Part shown: piece after piece, positions 62,741 through 64,000 of the stretch | Layout of the letters: the number at the start of each line of letters is the position of its first letter | How positions within the stretch are numbered: position 1 is the stretch's first letter | Source of the DNA: Dudresnaya verticillata | Taxonomy: Eukaryota | DNA: 64,000 nucleotides | Assembly: GCA_977862235.1 (NCBI GenBank) | Contig: OZ374558.1 | Location: 1,240,001 to 1,304,000 of the forward strand | Direction: 5' to 3' | Translations under genes and position numbers: made by a program | The notes under the pieces: model-generated | The model's database searches: none | Told to the model about the DNA's origin: nothing | Seen by the model: the letters and a program-made list of their open reading frames with translations, nothing else

Positions 62741-64000
62741 TGTTTCTCTTACTTTCTAGGGCACCTCCCTTCTTGGCCCTGTAGCATTTTACAGTCAAAC
62801 TACTGGGCTATTCCTCAGCTCTACCGCTACCCGCAAGGCCCCCGAACAGACTGAGGTGCATCCCCACTTGTGCCATACGGGATTGCACCATATCGATCTG
62901 TCCTTTGGTTTAAAAACTTCCTTCGACCATTCGGGCGTTCCATTCGGGAGGTTTTGGGGTACCGAATCCTGCCCTATATAGACGATTTTGCGCTCGTGCC
63001 GTACCCGCCAGGACGTGCAGCGACTCACAAAGACTATCAGGAAGCACGACGGTGTTTCGCGCGACTTTTCGAGAGGCTAGGGTATCACTCGGTATCCCAC
63101 AAAGGGTTTCTGGGTATGAACGCAACGGCTGTACCCTCTTTTAATGCATATAGACACCGTAGAGATGCGGGTGTTCGTAACAGCAGCGAAGATGGCCCTG
63201 GTGAGGCGTTTGGCCAAGAAATGTCTTCTTTTGGCCCAGCACAACCCTCGGCTGGTATCCCGGCGCTTGTTACAGCATTTCTGTAGCGTCTGCGGTTCAT
63301 TGTCGCTGGCATTGCCGTTATCCCGCTTCTATACTCGGTCTCTCTACCTCAATATGAGCCTTTCGGAAAATAACAGCACTAGCAATTGGAACCAAGGGTT
63401 GCGCATATGGCTGTCCCGACAATCACTACACGATCTTCGGTATTTTCGGGCTTTCACTCGTGGCGAAGGCCGCGACCTTGTCCCACCTCCTCCCCAGATG
63501 ACACTCCGCAGCGATGCATCCGATGTTGGGTATGGAGGGCTGCTGGGCTTTGATGCGAATCCTGGATCTCGGGGTTTGTGGGACGGTCGCGTTTTCTGGG
63601 CCGGGAACGGTCAATCGCAATCAGTTAATTTAAGAGAGCTGCGAACAGTTCGATTGTTACTGCAAAGACATTTTGCGGACTTCGAATTCGACCACAGTGT
63701 TCGGCATCTGTTACTACAGGAGTACAATTACGAGGTCGTCTGCATCTTGAACGCAATGATGTCAGCCTCGACCAATGATTACATAGCTACGGAAGCCATT
63801 AGTCCTGTTCCGCGCTCTGGGCGTGCGTACCGATGCCCGATGGATCCCGTCGGCTGTGAACAGGTTTGTCGATGCGCAGTCCAGCACATGGAACCTCGGG
63901 GACGTTCGTGCGACCAAGCTACTTGTGAGATCAGTACGGAAGGAGTACGAACTGAACCATGTGGTGTTTCAAAACAGACCTCTAGGAGAGCCTTTCGTAG
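62741..64000 (+). mobile_element. DIRS/Ngaro-like retrotransposon fragment (RT and RNase H), running off the window
   Basis: WFKNFLRP, RILPYIDDF; RNase H motifs SDASDVGYGG, VNLRELRTV, RWIPSAVNRFVDAQS. The left boundary is where helicase homology stops. Confidence 0.82.

Overview
Eukaryotic, intron-poor, repeat-dominated window; a red alga is my inference from the TE mix and gene style, and is not proven. 1-9285 is a tandem array of about 19 x 480-bp units derived from the 5' part of a Sel1-repeat gene. A ~10.9-kb-period duplication follows; each copy carries a small secreted 4-Cys peptide gene, a decayed CRE-type retrotransposon and an apparently intact Sel1-repeat ORF. An intact 2OG-Fe(II) dioxygenase gene lies at 36755-37471. 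The right half is transposons. One is a 4.1-kb piggyBac-like element (CCCT...AGGG termini, ATAT target duplication) whose transposase has a YqaJ/lambda-exonuclease domain inserted between its 2nd and 3rd catalytic Asp motifs. Another is a 14.5-kb CACTA element with four alternately oriented coding regions. The window ends in a Helitron-type Pif1 helicase remnant and a DIRS-like RT/RNase H fragment. All domain calls are by-eye motif recognition; no searches were run.
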